NCBI GenBank assembly: GCA_030390025.1
Contig: CM059435.1
Location: 77,376,001 to 77,440,000, forward strand
DNA from: Squalus acanthias
Taxonomy: Eukaryota
Reading direction: 5' to 3'
Length of the DNA stretch: 64,000 nucleotides
A program made the position numbers and the translations under genes. Below are positions 24,280 through 35,705 of this stretch, one piece after another (the first letter of the stretch is position 1; the number at the start of each line of letters is the position of its first letter). The notes under the pieces are model-generated. The model did not search any database. It saw only the letters and a program-made list of their open reading frames with translations, and had not been told where the DNA came from.

Positions 24280-25815
24280 GCTGAGCACCGCAGAAATATG
24301 CCATCCGAGCGTTTTTGATTTAACAGCAAATATAATTAACACTGGAAACAAGGCCAAACTGGCTCCTGAAGAGAAAAGGGACAGGTCAGAGTAAAACCTG
24401 CCATCAGTCACATTTCCTGGATTGCAGAAGTAGTGGGATTACAAAATAAAGTGAAACTTGGCACACAGGGTTTGGTGAACAATTCATTAAATAGTTGCAG
24501 CATCCCTATTCCAACAAGCTGTTGGCCAACTTTAGTTCAGTTTTGCTTCATCAAGAAAAAACAGCTTGAATGAGGGTGTCGAAATTGATAATCCACAGGT
24601 ATGATGGTACAAAGGTATCAACTGGAGAAAAGCTGGATTAAGAATCTCAAGGTGGCAAGATTCCCTCTTCCCCCACTAAAATTCAGTTGTTTTATGGTCC
24701 AGTTTGTGTAAAAAGGTCTCAATATTCTTTACTCAACCATTCTCCAGATGTATCCCCATGGGCTGCTGCTGGGACAACCTATTGCAATACTGCTGGGTTC
24801 TCACAGTAAAACAGTCCTCATTGTACAGATGGACTCACCACGTAGAATGACTCAAGGGCACTCCAAGCACCTTCGAGAATGTGCCACTCAAATCATACCT
24901 CGACAGTTTGCCGGTTGCGGCAGCCATCCAGACTGGTGGACCAGGGAAAGAAACAAAGTTCCATCTCACCACATGGAAATAAATATTCCAGGAAAAGGGA
25001 TTCTGCAATAACATTAATTTATACACAGTTTCCGCTAAACAAGTTCACACCTGATGTATACACAGGTGCAATGCAACAACGAACATCACACTTGCCTGTA
25101 GTATACAAGCAGCACAAAACATTTCCCAAACGTTTGTTTCCCTTTCTGAGGACGCTTGGGTTTGACAAGATCAACAAAAGCCGTCTTTTTTTAAAAAAGA
25201 GAGAGGAAGGCCACTTTCCCCCTTCCCCCAACAAATCTCTTTGATTATTAGAATTGATCTGCAAAATTTGATAACACTGTGTGGTCCCAGTGATTCCATG
25301 TCTTTTGTTGTCCCTTCACCCCATTTTAAAAAAGAGTTCAAGAATTACCCTACAACATTACTGGATATGAGCACTCAAATCAAATGGTTCTTTGACAAAG
25401 AATAGGGTATGGGGAGAAAACTGTTATCTACCTACTGAACACAGTTTCTTGAAGATTTAATTTAATGTTTTTAGTTTAATATCAAGTTCAGCAAATAATT
25501 CCTCTCCGCCTTTTTTTCCTCCTTTACTGTTGTTGCTCGATACAAAGTAATTGTCTTCAGAAATTGTTTGTGAAGCATTCTGTATTGGTTTCTTAGTAAG
25601 AAGCAGCTCCGAACTGGATTCTATCGAAACACAAACGCAGTGTGATTGGAAAATGAACACTGGAAATGTCCTGTGGGCAGGTGAAGGAGGCACTTTGATT
25701 GGCTGGTATTCTAATTAACTTCCCTTCCATCCCGACACTAGGTGGTAGTGTTGTCAAGAATCCAGTTGCAGTTAGGCACTTGGCTGCGAGTTTGTAAGGC
25801 AGTGCCTGCTCTCTG

Positions 25816-25856
25816 CTATGTCATCAAGATTGGTTTCTGCCGTATTTCTAGAATAT
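25816..25856 (-). CDS. KIAA0930: KIAA0930 last coding exon (human exon 10 equivalent): (D)ILEIRQKPILMT*
   Basis: AG acceptor at 25857-25858, phase 1; matches the human C-terminus DILEVRQKPILMT; TAG at 25816-25818. Confidence 0.95.
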
Positions 25857-26162
25857 CTGAGGGGAGAGAAAAGCAGATTCATTAGTGTAAACCATTTAAA
25901 CTCAAGATCAATCCTAAACACCATGTAGAACTTACAATCTCAAACTAATTGAGGTTCTGTGGGTGGGGGAGAGGGGCTGGTCAATGAATTCCCATCACAA
26001 TTTTCTCCATTATTTAGAGCCAAGAGATCAGATACAGAGAAACTTGGAATTTGATGGATCCCTATATGAGGAACATTGAATTATTTTTGGCTCACTTAAC
26101 AGGGATTGATAATTACTTGTTTTTGAAATATAATCTTCTAATTCAGTCAGTTTGTTGTAAAA

Positions 26163-26374
26163 AGAAAAAGAAAGACTTGCATTTATATAGCGCCTTTCAC
26201 AACCACCGGACGTCGCAAAGCGCTTTACAGCCAATGAAGTACTTTTGAAGTGGAGTCCACTGTTGTAATGTAGGAAACGCGGCAGCCAAATTGCACACAG
26301 CAAGGTCCCACAAACAGCAATGTGATAATGACCAGATAATCTGTTTTTGTTATGTTGGTTGAAGGATAACTATT
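26163..26374 (-). mobile_element. SacSINE1-like Deu-SINE 3' half
   Basis: Deu-type core and the tail gcgctatataaatgcaagtctttctttt on the minus strand. Confidence 0.9.
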
Positions 26375-26536
26375 AAGCCATTTTACTTCAATACTGCATG
26401 TAGATAATATGTTTTGGAAAAGATTATAAAAATCACTGGGATCTGAAAATCTGATGACTAATATGATGTCATCAGGGTTTCTCAGAAAACTGAAAAAAAA
26501 TCATGCATTAAAAATAAAGAGTTCAAAGTAAACTAG

Positions 26537-28264
26537 GTGTCAGCCTCGTCTCAGTGGTAACACTCGCGCCTGTGAGTCAGAAGGTTGTGGGTTCAAGTCC
26601 CACTCCAGAGACAAAATCTAGTCTAATACTTCAGTGCAAATTTGCTTGAGTTCTTTGAGGACATAACGTACAGGGTGGATAAAGGGGAACCAGTGGACGT
26701 AGTGTATTTAGACTTCCAGAAGGCATTCGACAAGGTGCCACATAAAAGATTATTGCTCAAGATAAAAAATCACTGGATTGGGGGTAATATTCTGGCATGG
26801 GTGGAGGATTGGTTATCTAACAGGAAGCAGAGAGTTGGGATAAATGGTTCATTCTCGGACTGGCAACCAGTAGCCAGTGGTGTTCCGCAGGGGTCGGTGC
26901 TGGGTCCCCAACTCTTTACAATCTATATTAACGATTTGGAGGAGGGGACAGAGTGTAACATATCAAAGTTTGCAGATGATACAAAGATGGGAGGGAAAGT
27001 AGAAAGTGAGGAGGACATAAAAAACCTACAAGGGGATATAGACAGGCTGGGTGAGTGGGCGGAGATTTGGCAGATGCAATACAATATTGGAAAATGTGAG
27101 GTTATGCACTTTGGCAGGAAAAATCAGAGAGCAAGTTATTATCTTAATGGCGAGAAACTGGAAAGTACTGCAGTACAAAGGGATCTGGGGGTCCTAGTGC
27201 AAGAAAATCAAAAAGTTAGTATGCAGGTGCAGCAGGTGATCAAGAAGGCCAACGGAATGTTGGTTTTTATTGCTAGGGGGATAGATTATAAAAACAGGGG
27301 AGGTATTGCTGCAGTTATATAAGGTATTGGTGAGACTGCACCTGGAATACTGCATACAGTTTTGGTGTCCATACTTAAGAAAAGACATACTTGCTCTCGA
27401 GGCAGTACAAAGAAGGTTCACTCAGTTAATCCCGGGGATGAGGGGGTGGACATATGAGGAGAGGTTGAGTAGATTGGGACTCTACTCATTGGAGTTCAGA
27501 AGAGTGAGAGGCGATCTTATTGAAACATATAAGATTGTGAAGGGGCTTGATCGGGTGGATGCGGTAAGGATGTTCCCAAGGATGGGTGAAACTAGAACTA
27601 GGGGGCATAATCATAGAATAAGGGACTGCTCTTTCAAAACTGAGATAAAGAGAAACTTCTTCACTCAGAGGGTAGTAGGTCTGTGGAATTTGCTGCCCCA
27701 GGAAGCTACATCATTAAATAAATTTAAAACAGAAATAGACAGTTTCCTAGAGTAAAGGGAATTAGGGGTTACGGGGAGCGGGCAGGAAATTGGACATGAG
27801 GCTGAGTTCGGATCGGTCAAGGCCCTGCGGGTGGCGGAGCGGGCCCAGGGGCTGAGTGGCCGGGTCCTGCTCCTACTTCTTGTGTTCTTTAGATTTGAGG
27901 TTAGGATCAGATCAGCCATGATCTTATTGAATGGCGGAGCAGGCTCGAGGGGCCGATTGGCCTACTCCTGCTCCTATTTCTTATGTTCTTATGTTCTTAT
28001 GCAGTACTGAGGGAGTGCTGCACTGTCGGAGGTGCTGTCTTTCAGTTGAGACATTAAACAGAGGAGCCGTCTTCCCTCTCGGGTGAATGTAAAAGATCCC
28101 ATGGCACTATTTCAAAGAAGAGCAGGGGTGTTCTCCCAGGTGTCCTGGCCAATATTTATCTCTCAACCAACATCACTAAAACAGATTATCTGATCATTGG
28201 CTGTAAAGCGCTTTTGGATGCCCTGAGGTCATGAAAGGCGCTATATAAATGCAAGTCTTTCTTT
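26537..28264 (+). mobile_element. SacSINE1-like SINE split by a CR1 insertion, with an internal deletion
   Basis: tRNA head at 26537-26638 (tcagtggtaa...ggttcaagtccc) resumes at 28001 with gcagtactgagggagtgctgc and ends aaatgcaagtctttcttt. Confidence 0.9.
26639..28000 (+). mobile_element. Young CR1 LINE, 5'-truncated (RT domain plus 3' UTR)
   Basis: ORFs 26642-27322 and 27306-27755 carry YLDFQKAFDKVPH, GVPQGSVLGPQLF and KFADDTK with one frameshift; (ttatgttc)n tail; TGCA at both junctions. Confidence 0.97.
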
Positions 28265-28464
28265 AAACTGTAAATAATAAATTTCCCAGTAATTTATAGT
28301 ATATATGGTGGTTGGGGAGGGAACCCTATTCAAGTTCATTCACAAGCACCACTTAAACACTGGGGAAGCTCTGCCTACCATTCCATGGCATAGTAGGCTG
28401 GTAGACCTGTGTGACAATTGGTAGTTGGAGAAACAAAATTAGAAACCCCCCAAAAAAAACCCTG

Positions 28465-28568
28465 AAAATGCTGGAAATGAAACTGAAAACGGAAGATGCT
28501 GGAGATACCCAGCAGATAAGTCAGCATCTGCGAAGAGAGGTCAACATTTTGAGCAGGGCCCTTCCATT
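28465..28568 (-). mobile_element. Degenerate Penelope terminal repeat fragment
   Basis: atgctggaaat...gatgctggagatacccagcag...cagcatctg resembles 54836-54962. Confidence 0.6.
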
Positions 28569-28672
28569 ACTTCCATTAATCACATTACATACACCTTTCC
28601 TTAATTTAAAAAGGGTGAAGAAAGGTTTGCCATCCATTTTTTCCTTGGTGCCTCCTAAGCAACAATTCATTA

Positions 28673-28948
<276 letters not shown>

Positions 28949-29289
28949 TTAAGTTTCAAAATGAAAACGTTTATTGCATCAGATAGCATTTCAAAATATA
29001 ATCAAGAAAGAATAAGGAAAAAAAATGCAAGAATGATGAAACCCAGCAATTCAGAATATTCTTTTAAAAAGTGATAGTAAGGCGTAATCATAGCAATGGT
29101 AATTAGTAGTGCCTTTATGTAATGGATTTTCCTTCCGGGGTAGGGTAAGAGAAAGCTGGTAATAATACGGTTCCTACATTACAAGGTATCTTCAACTAGC
29201 AGTCTTAAGAAAAGGCTCTTACAAATCAATGATAAATCCATTGCAAGGCATTAATCCTATTGTATGTCTTGGAAACCAACATTACCATC

Positions 29290-30560
29290 AACTTGCATTG
29301 ATGTAGTGCCTTTTAAATAGAAAAACATCCCAACGTCCTTCACAAATGCATTAAGAAAACAAACGTTGATCCAAAGGAGGAGAGATTAGGAGGGGTGGTC
29401 AAATGCTTGTTCAAGATGCATGTTTTAGGGAGGGTCTTTAGAGGAGGAGAGGGTGGTGGAGAGGCAGAAGGAATTCCAAAGCATGAGGCCTAGGTGGCTG
29501 AAGGTACAGTTTGGGGGTTGCATAAGAGGCTTGAGATAGAGGAATGGAAAGTTGGGGCTTGGGGTGTGGGGAGAGGAGGTTGTAGGGCTGGAGGAGGTTA
29601 CAGAGATAGGGATTTAAACACAAGGATAGGAATTTTAAATTAGAGGCACTGCGAGACTGGAAGCCAATGTAAGCCAGTGAAGATGGGTATGGGCAAGTGT
29701 AACAATGCAGGATAAGATACAGGCATCAGAGCTGTGAATGAGACGAAGCTTATGGGGGGGGGGGGGGGGGGGGGGGAGGGGATTTCAGCCAGGAGAGCAC
29801 GCGATTAATTAACTTGAGGTGACAAAGGCATGAATGAGGGTTTCAGCGGCAGATGGGCCGAGCTCGCGTCAGAGTTGTGAGATGTTACGCAGGTGCAAGT
29901 CTTTGTGATGGAGAGGATATAAATTCAGAAGCTCAGGTCAGGGTCGAACAGAGCTCCAAGGTTGAAAACAGTCTGGTCCAGCCTGAGACAGTGGCCACAG
30001 AGGGCAATGCAGTTTGTGGTGAAGGTCGAAAACAGTGGCTTTGGACTTCCCAATGTTTAGCTGGAGGAATTTACAGCTCATGCAAAAGTCAGAGAAGTAG
30101 TCTGACACTATAGAGGCAGTGGAAATGTCAAAAGAGGTGGTGGAGAAACAGAACGAGGTATTGTCAGTGTGGAAGCAAATCCCATGGCTTTGGATGTTAC
30201 TAAGGGGCAGCCTGTAGATGAGGTAAAGGAGGGGGCCAAGGATGGATCCTTGGGGATCTGCTAAGGTGACGGTCAGGAATGGGAAGAGAAGTCATTGCTA
30301 GAGATTCTCCGGCTACGGTTGGATATGTATGAGTAGAACCAGGCAAGGGCAGTCGCACGGAGCGGTGAGGATTGAGAGATCAACTGTGTTGAAGGTTGCA
30401 GCTCAATCAATAAAGCATAATGCCCCACAGTCACAGATTTTTTTTTTGTTGTGGCTGTGTTAAGGCCATTTCAGTGCTGTGGAATGGGCAGAAATCTAAT
30501 TGGAGGGATTCAAACAGGGAGTAGTGGGACAGATGGGCAAGGATCTGGGAAGCAACAGCA
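29290..30560 (-). mobile_element. L2-type LINE 3' fragment, degenerate
   Basis: The 3' end (acttgcattgatgtagtgcc on plus) resembles the SacSINE1 tail; the body matches the fragments at 41040-41225 and 57975-58130 (ggaggaggttaca...gggatttaaacacaaggat). Confidence 0.75.
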
Positions 30561-30942
30561 CGTTCAATCACCATGAATTGCTCGAGCTTTACTTTCATGG
30601 TTTGATGTTTCCCGAATTATCACCCATAATTCATTTAGAAACATGCATCTCACAAATACATTACCTGAACACTGGTCCTAAAGTATTACCTATAATTAAT
30701 TGAGAGATATCCAGTATATACGTACAGAAATACTCTACTTAAAGCCCAATTTTAGATTATTTCCTGTGTATAATTCACAGGTAATGGAGTTTCAAGAGAT
30801 AAGAGATCTGGAATTCCTGTGAGGTTATGGTAGGAAACTGATGTAACCCAGGCAGGTAGGTGCCTGTTCCACTGCACCACATTCCCCCCACTCCACTCAA
30901 GGCACTTTGTTATTTTACTCAGAAAGAAATGTTGAACACATT

Positions 30943-31705
30943 GGCCCGAAAATTAAACCTAATACGCGAGAGTACGCACTGTGTACTCTCGTGTATTAGA
31001 TCCCGAATTGCCGGTTTCCTGCATGCACTGCGCATGCGCGGGAAACCGGCACTTCGTGAATTGAAAAGGGAGCGGTTCCTAAGTGAACCGCGTACGCGCT
31101 ACAGGCTGTGCGCGCGCAGTGCACTTAGTTTTTTTTCAGCTTTGAATGCGCAGGTAAGTGGTGAAGATTTTACACATAAAGAAAGCAGGCGTAGGACCCC
31201 CTTTTAACAAGGTAAGTAGTTAATTAAGTGTTATTTTAAATTTTTTTCAACAGGTTTATCTTTTTTAGAGACTTTAAAGAAAGGTAAGTTTATTTTTTAT
31301 AACTTTTAAAAAGCTTTTAAATTTTCAAAAATTTAATTTTTTGTTTAAAGTGGTTAATTTATTTAACTATACTTATTTTATTAATGTGATGGCTTTTTAA
31401 AAAAAATTTAATTGAGGTTTAGCTGTTCTTTTGGGGGTTTGTAGTATTCATGCTTTGACAGCTCTTGCTGTCAAAACTATGAATGAAAGATGGTATGCTG
31501 CCATTGGCTCTAACTGAATCACGTGATCCCAGAGCTTGCACGAACTAATTGCGCCTCTGGGATACGCACACACTGCGTGGTTGCAACAAGAAGAGGCTCT
31601 GAAACTAAAGTTCGTGTGGGCCCCAAACAAAACGGTAGACGCGGAGTGCGATATCACAGGGAATCCTTACCCCCGCGGGAACCATCCATGTTTAATTTCT
31701 GGGCC
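30943..31705. mobile_element. PIF/Harbinger-type MITE
   Basis: TIRs GGCCCGAAAATTAAAC / GTTTAATTTCTGGGCC (14/16), exact 3-bp ATT duplication, GC-rich arms and AT-rich core. Confidence 0.85.
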
Positions 31706-32548
31706 ATTATTGACCTGCCCAAACATGGACAGGTGCATTACAATCACAGACAAATGAAGCCAATGTGCCATATGACTTATTTCCCATCATTGTACCTTAG
31801 CAGCACTGGGGCCGGGGGGCGGGGGAACAAGGGCCATGTGTGTGTTCCTGGCATCGAGCGTTCCTAAAGGCAACAGGGTTGGTGGGGAGATGTAAATGTT
31901 AAAAGGCCAGTTTCAGCAACACAAACTTAAAAACTGACAACTTTTTCCCCCAAGGCCACATTTACACTGTGGCAAGGTACACAAGCAATTCCCTTTCCCC
32001 TCTGAAGCAGGCACCCCATCAGTACCATCAATTGCACCAGTGCCTGCCCAAAATATTTAAGTGTGCAGGTAAAGGGTGGGCAACTGTCCCACCCAAGATC
32101 TGCCCTTTTTACGCTCCACAGGAATTTCTAGCTGCTCTATATTGAAAACTGCAGAACTGAATGAATTTTATTCAAATCCCATCAATCCCACCACACAAAG
32201 AAAGGAGACCAATTAACACAATGCAAGTTGAATTGGGAAGTTAGCATTTTCATCTTTTCCCATTGAGCAGCAAAAGGATTAAAAGGGTGAACTTTAACCT
32301 CCTTGGGAAGGCCCTGCTTTATTTCATAGCCCCAATAATGACTGGTACTGCCTATCATGGAAAATCTGTGTGCATTGGAGGTTTCTTTCCAATCTTTTTT
32401 TGAATGTTATTTTGCTGTTGGTTGATGTCTTGCCCCAAGACCCCTGCCAGAGCAAGGTGCAGACTGACTGTCCTCAGCCCAGCTATGTTTGGAACCTCGA
32501 GTGAGGAATCAAGAGTACAACCGCCTCCTCTATCTACTGCCACATGAC

Positions 32549-32590
32549 AGTGCAGGTCAGGACAAAACAAGTGCAGGTCAGGACAAAACA
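32549..32590. repeat. Exact 21-bp tandem duplication (agtgcaggtcaggacaaaaca x2)
   Basis: Seen directly, ~90 bp into the intron after exon 8. Confidence 0.9.
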
Positions 32591-32642
32591 AAAGATCAAT
32601 TCACTACAAGATGCATCATCCAAAAGCAAGCACAAGAAACTA

Positions 32643-32852
<210 letters not shown>

Positions 32853-32939
32853 CTAAAAATGAACCCAAAAAATGATCTGAGCTCCAGCATTGTTATTTAA
32901 ACATGCCCAAATACTGGATTACAGTGTTCTAATGTATGG

Positions 32940-33220
32940 GAATGGGAAATCATACGAGGAGATACTGGGACTATTTCCACTGGAACAGAAGGCTGAGGAG
33001 ATTTAGTAGAAGACCGTTTACTCTGGTTGGGAATTGGTGATGAGGGGTGATCAATTTAAAATTGTCACTAAGGTGTGGAGAGGGGTTGGGATAAATTTCT
33101 TCATGCAGAGGATTATTGGAGCATAGTATGCCTCGTCACAAGGAGTGGTTGAGGCAGAGCTGTTGAATCTTTTAAGGGGAAATTGGATACATTTTTGATA
33201 CAGGAAAATAAAGAGCTGAC
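32940..33220 (+). mobile_element. Degenerate CR1 3' fragment
   Basis: catacgaggaga...ggactattt, tttcttcatgcagagg and tttaaggggaaattggat resemble the other CR1 copies. Confidence 0.6.
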
Positions 33221-33267
33221 AGAGACACACATTTAACTCCTTTCAAGGCAGTTTTCCAACCTATGTA

Positions 33268-33501
33268 CCAGTTTAGTTCAGTTGGTAGCACACTTGCCAT
33301 GGAGTCAGAAGGTTGAGAGTTCAAGCCCTGCTCCAGGGGCAGATAATCTGGGCTGACACTTCAGTGCAGTACTAAGAGAGTGCTCCATTGTCAAAGGTGC
33401 TGTCTCTTGGATGAGACGTTAAACTAAGGCTCCACCTGCCTGTTCAGGATGAGACCTTCTGACTCAGAGGCGAGTGCGCTCTAATGAGCTAAAGCTGACA
33501 C
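33268..33501 (+). mobile_element. SacSINE1-like 5' half followed by an inverted SINE head (33455-33501)
   Basis: tRNA head, an intact gctgacacttcagtgcagtact site, then the reverse-complement head accttctgactcagaggcgagtg...gctgacac. Confidence 0.8.
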
Positions 33502-33759
33502 TTATGTTCCATTTTCTGTCGTTGCCCTCTCAATAATACTGGATATAATCAAGCCTGTACAAAACAGGCATTGCTAGGGACAGTAGAAAAGGTGGAAGTA
33601 AATTTAAAGAGCCACAGCAGGTAATTTAATGAGTCTTGTAAAATCATTAATTTTGAATCATTTTATCAAACATTTCTCCCACTGCTGCTTCAACATTGAG
33701 CTTAGACTCTTGCACCGTGGGGTTTTCCTTTTTGCATTCCTTCCATTTCAAACAGGGCT

Positions 33760-34400
33760 CTATGGAATTCCCATTTGGAACATCCGCGCATCTATATTTG
33801 TTGGAGGAAGAGCAGGAGGCCAGACTGCTCAGGCACCGTAGGGCACATGGCACCCGCCCGCCTGCCTATACCGCAGCCCCCCCCACCGCCGCACTCCTGA
33901 ATGTAGAGACCCGAGTGCTCCGACCTCCAGCTGACCCAGGAGCAGTGCTTGAAGAGGCTGCGTTTCACAAAGGAAGCCATCAAATGAGTTATGGTACAAC
34001 CTGACCTACAGTCCACCTACACCACAGGCACCACATTACCAGTGGCTGTGAAGGTCACCATCATCCTCAACATTTATGGTGCAGGGTTATTCTGGGCTGC
34101 CACTGGGAACATTAGTAACATTCCTGTAAACAGACGCATTGTTTGCTCGAGCAAGTTCCCCAAGGTCAGCAGAATAACAGGTGTTATCATATTAGAGTGG
34201 CAGGATTTCCCAAAGTACAAGGAGTCACAGATCGCACTTGCATGGCCATATATGCTCCCTTCATCAATCTCATCACCTGCGTCCACTCGATTGTGACCAG
34301 CTGCACTGCAGCATGCAAGGTTCGATCAGCCACGAGTGTCATCATAGAGCACACTATTGAATTTTGAAAGCACACTTCAGGTGCCTGGATTGGTCCTTAG
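33760..34400 (+). pseudogene. PIF/Harbinger (HARBI1-like) transposase fossil
   Basis: Frameshifted pieces EQCLKRLRF, QPDLQS..TLPVAVKVTIILNIYGAG, AGFPKVQGVTDRTCMAIYAP and SVIIEHTIE..KAHFRCLDWS correspond to Harbinger DDE transposase motifs. Confidence 0.8.
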
Positions 34401-35460
34401 GGCCTCTGGGATGAGGCATCAGCTGCAGATCTGCCTGAAGCTGCCACATACTTCAGGATGGATGGCAGTGTTATCACTCAAAGGGCAAAGCATCATCAGG
34501 AGCTGGTTTTTTTAAGCTGCTGCAGGCATTTAAATTCTGTGGCAGCACCTTATTTGCTCCCCTCCCTCCCACAGTGGTGCACTTCCAATCAGAGGTGGGA
34601 GCCCATCGCCACTGTTCAAACTAAGCTGACCTTAGAACCTGAGTCAGCGATGACGTGCTGCTAACTACACTTCAGGCAATTATAGTTGTGGAGGAAACTA
34701 CTGGTGGCTACGGATTAGGTATTTAGTTAAACCCATAACTTTGAAGCCGAGTAGTTTCGATCCATTCATATTCAGCTAGGTCACCAAGAGTAGCAAAGGA
34801 AACAGTGACCCATTTGCTTATCCTCCCAATGGCCCACAACCGCCCCAGCAGAAGAGATGAGTAACACAATACAATTAATCAGGTACACTGCACAGGGCCC
34901 ATGAGGAACTGCAGTTAGACAAGCTCAATTATTTCAGAAGCTGGCTTTCTATAAAATTAAAAAATATATTCTCCTCCCAAACAAAATTAATATGCTAATT
35001 AGAAAACAAACTTAAAATCAATCAACATTTAGAAAACAGAAGGTTTTGAGCAGTCAAGGAGTTAATATTCACTGCATGGATTTGTATATGGCAGGCGGTT
35101 TCCTGCAGCTCAGGAGAGATCTGATAACACATAAAAATGTCGTGCTCAGAGGTTGTACTACACATTCCACACAATGGATTTCAAGGGAATCAAAAGCAAA
35201 CAGAAAGGGAACCACTGGCTCCACACAGCCGACAAAACCCAAGCACCTGCTGTCTCTGCTCCAACATCTACTGCAAGTAAACCACAGCCTTGCTAACTCT
35301 TTAATTAACTGAACGAGGTACTTGGCAGATCTCTGCACTCAGCTCGGTTATACTGCAGTCTTAATCACAGCCGTCATAAGGCACAGTTCATTACAATGCA
35401 GTACGTAACTCCAGCCTTGCAGCAAAAATAATGACCTTTATAAATCTTGGTATTTCAACA

Positions 35461-35705
35461 GAGGAGTGAGAGAGAGAGAGAGAGAGAGTGTGTGTGTGTG
35501 TGAGTGAGTGAGAGAGAGAGAGAGAGATGGGGAGAAGAGAGAACGTGAATGGAGATGGGGAGAGGAGAAAGAGCAACAAGGGAGGTGGAGAGAGAAGAGA
35601 GAGAGAGGGAGAAAGGAGGCAGGTAGAAGGCAGAGAGAGACCAGTAAAGGGGGGAGGGGAGGGGAGCGGAAAGGAGTGAGTGAGAAGGGAGGGAGGGATG
35701 AAGAG
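35461..35705. repeat. (GA)n/(GT)n microsatellite and purine-rich low-complexity tract
   Basis: Seen directly. Confidence 0.9.

Larger units (their letters stand above)
15825..25815 (-). other. KIAA0930: Putative long 3' UTR of KIAA0930
   Basis: Follows the stop codon, is nearly free of LINEs, and ends at a minus-strand AATAAA (15850-15855) with a downstream U/GU-rich tract. The extent is inferred. Confidence 0.5.

Noticed and set aside
26537-26610. tRNA gene
   Set aside because: A/B boxes run directly into a SINE body; this is a tRNA-derived SINE head with no full cloverleaf.
30860-31867. CpG-rich segment as a promoter CpG island or gene
   Set aside because: Bounded by TIRs and a TSD and repeated at 61723-62463, so explained as a MITE.
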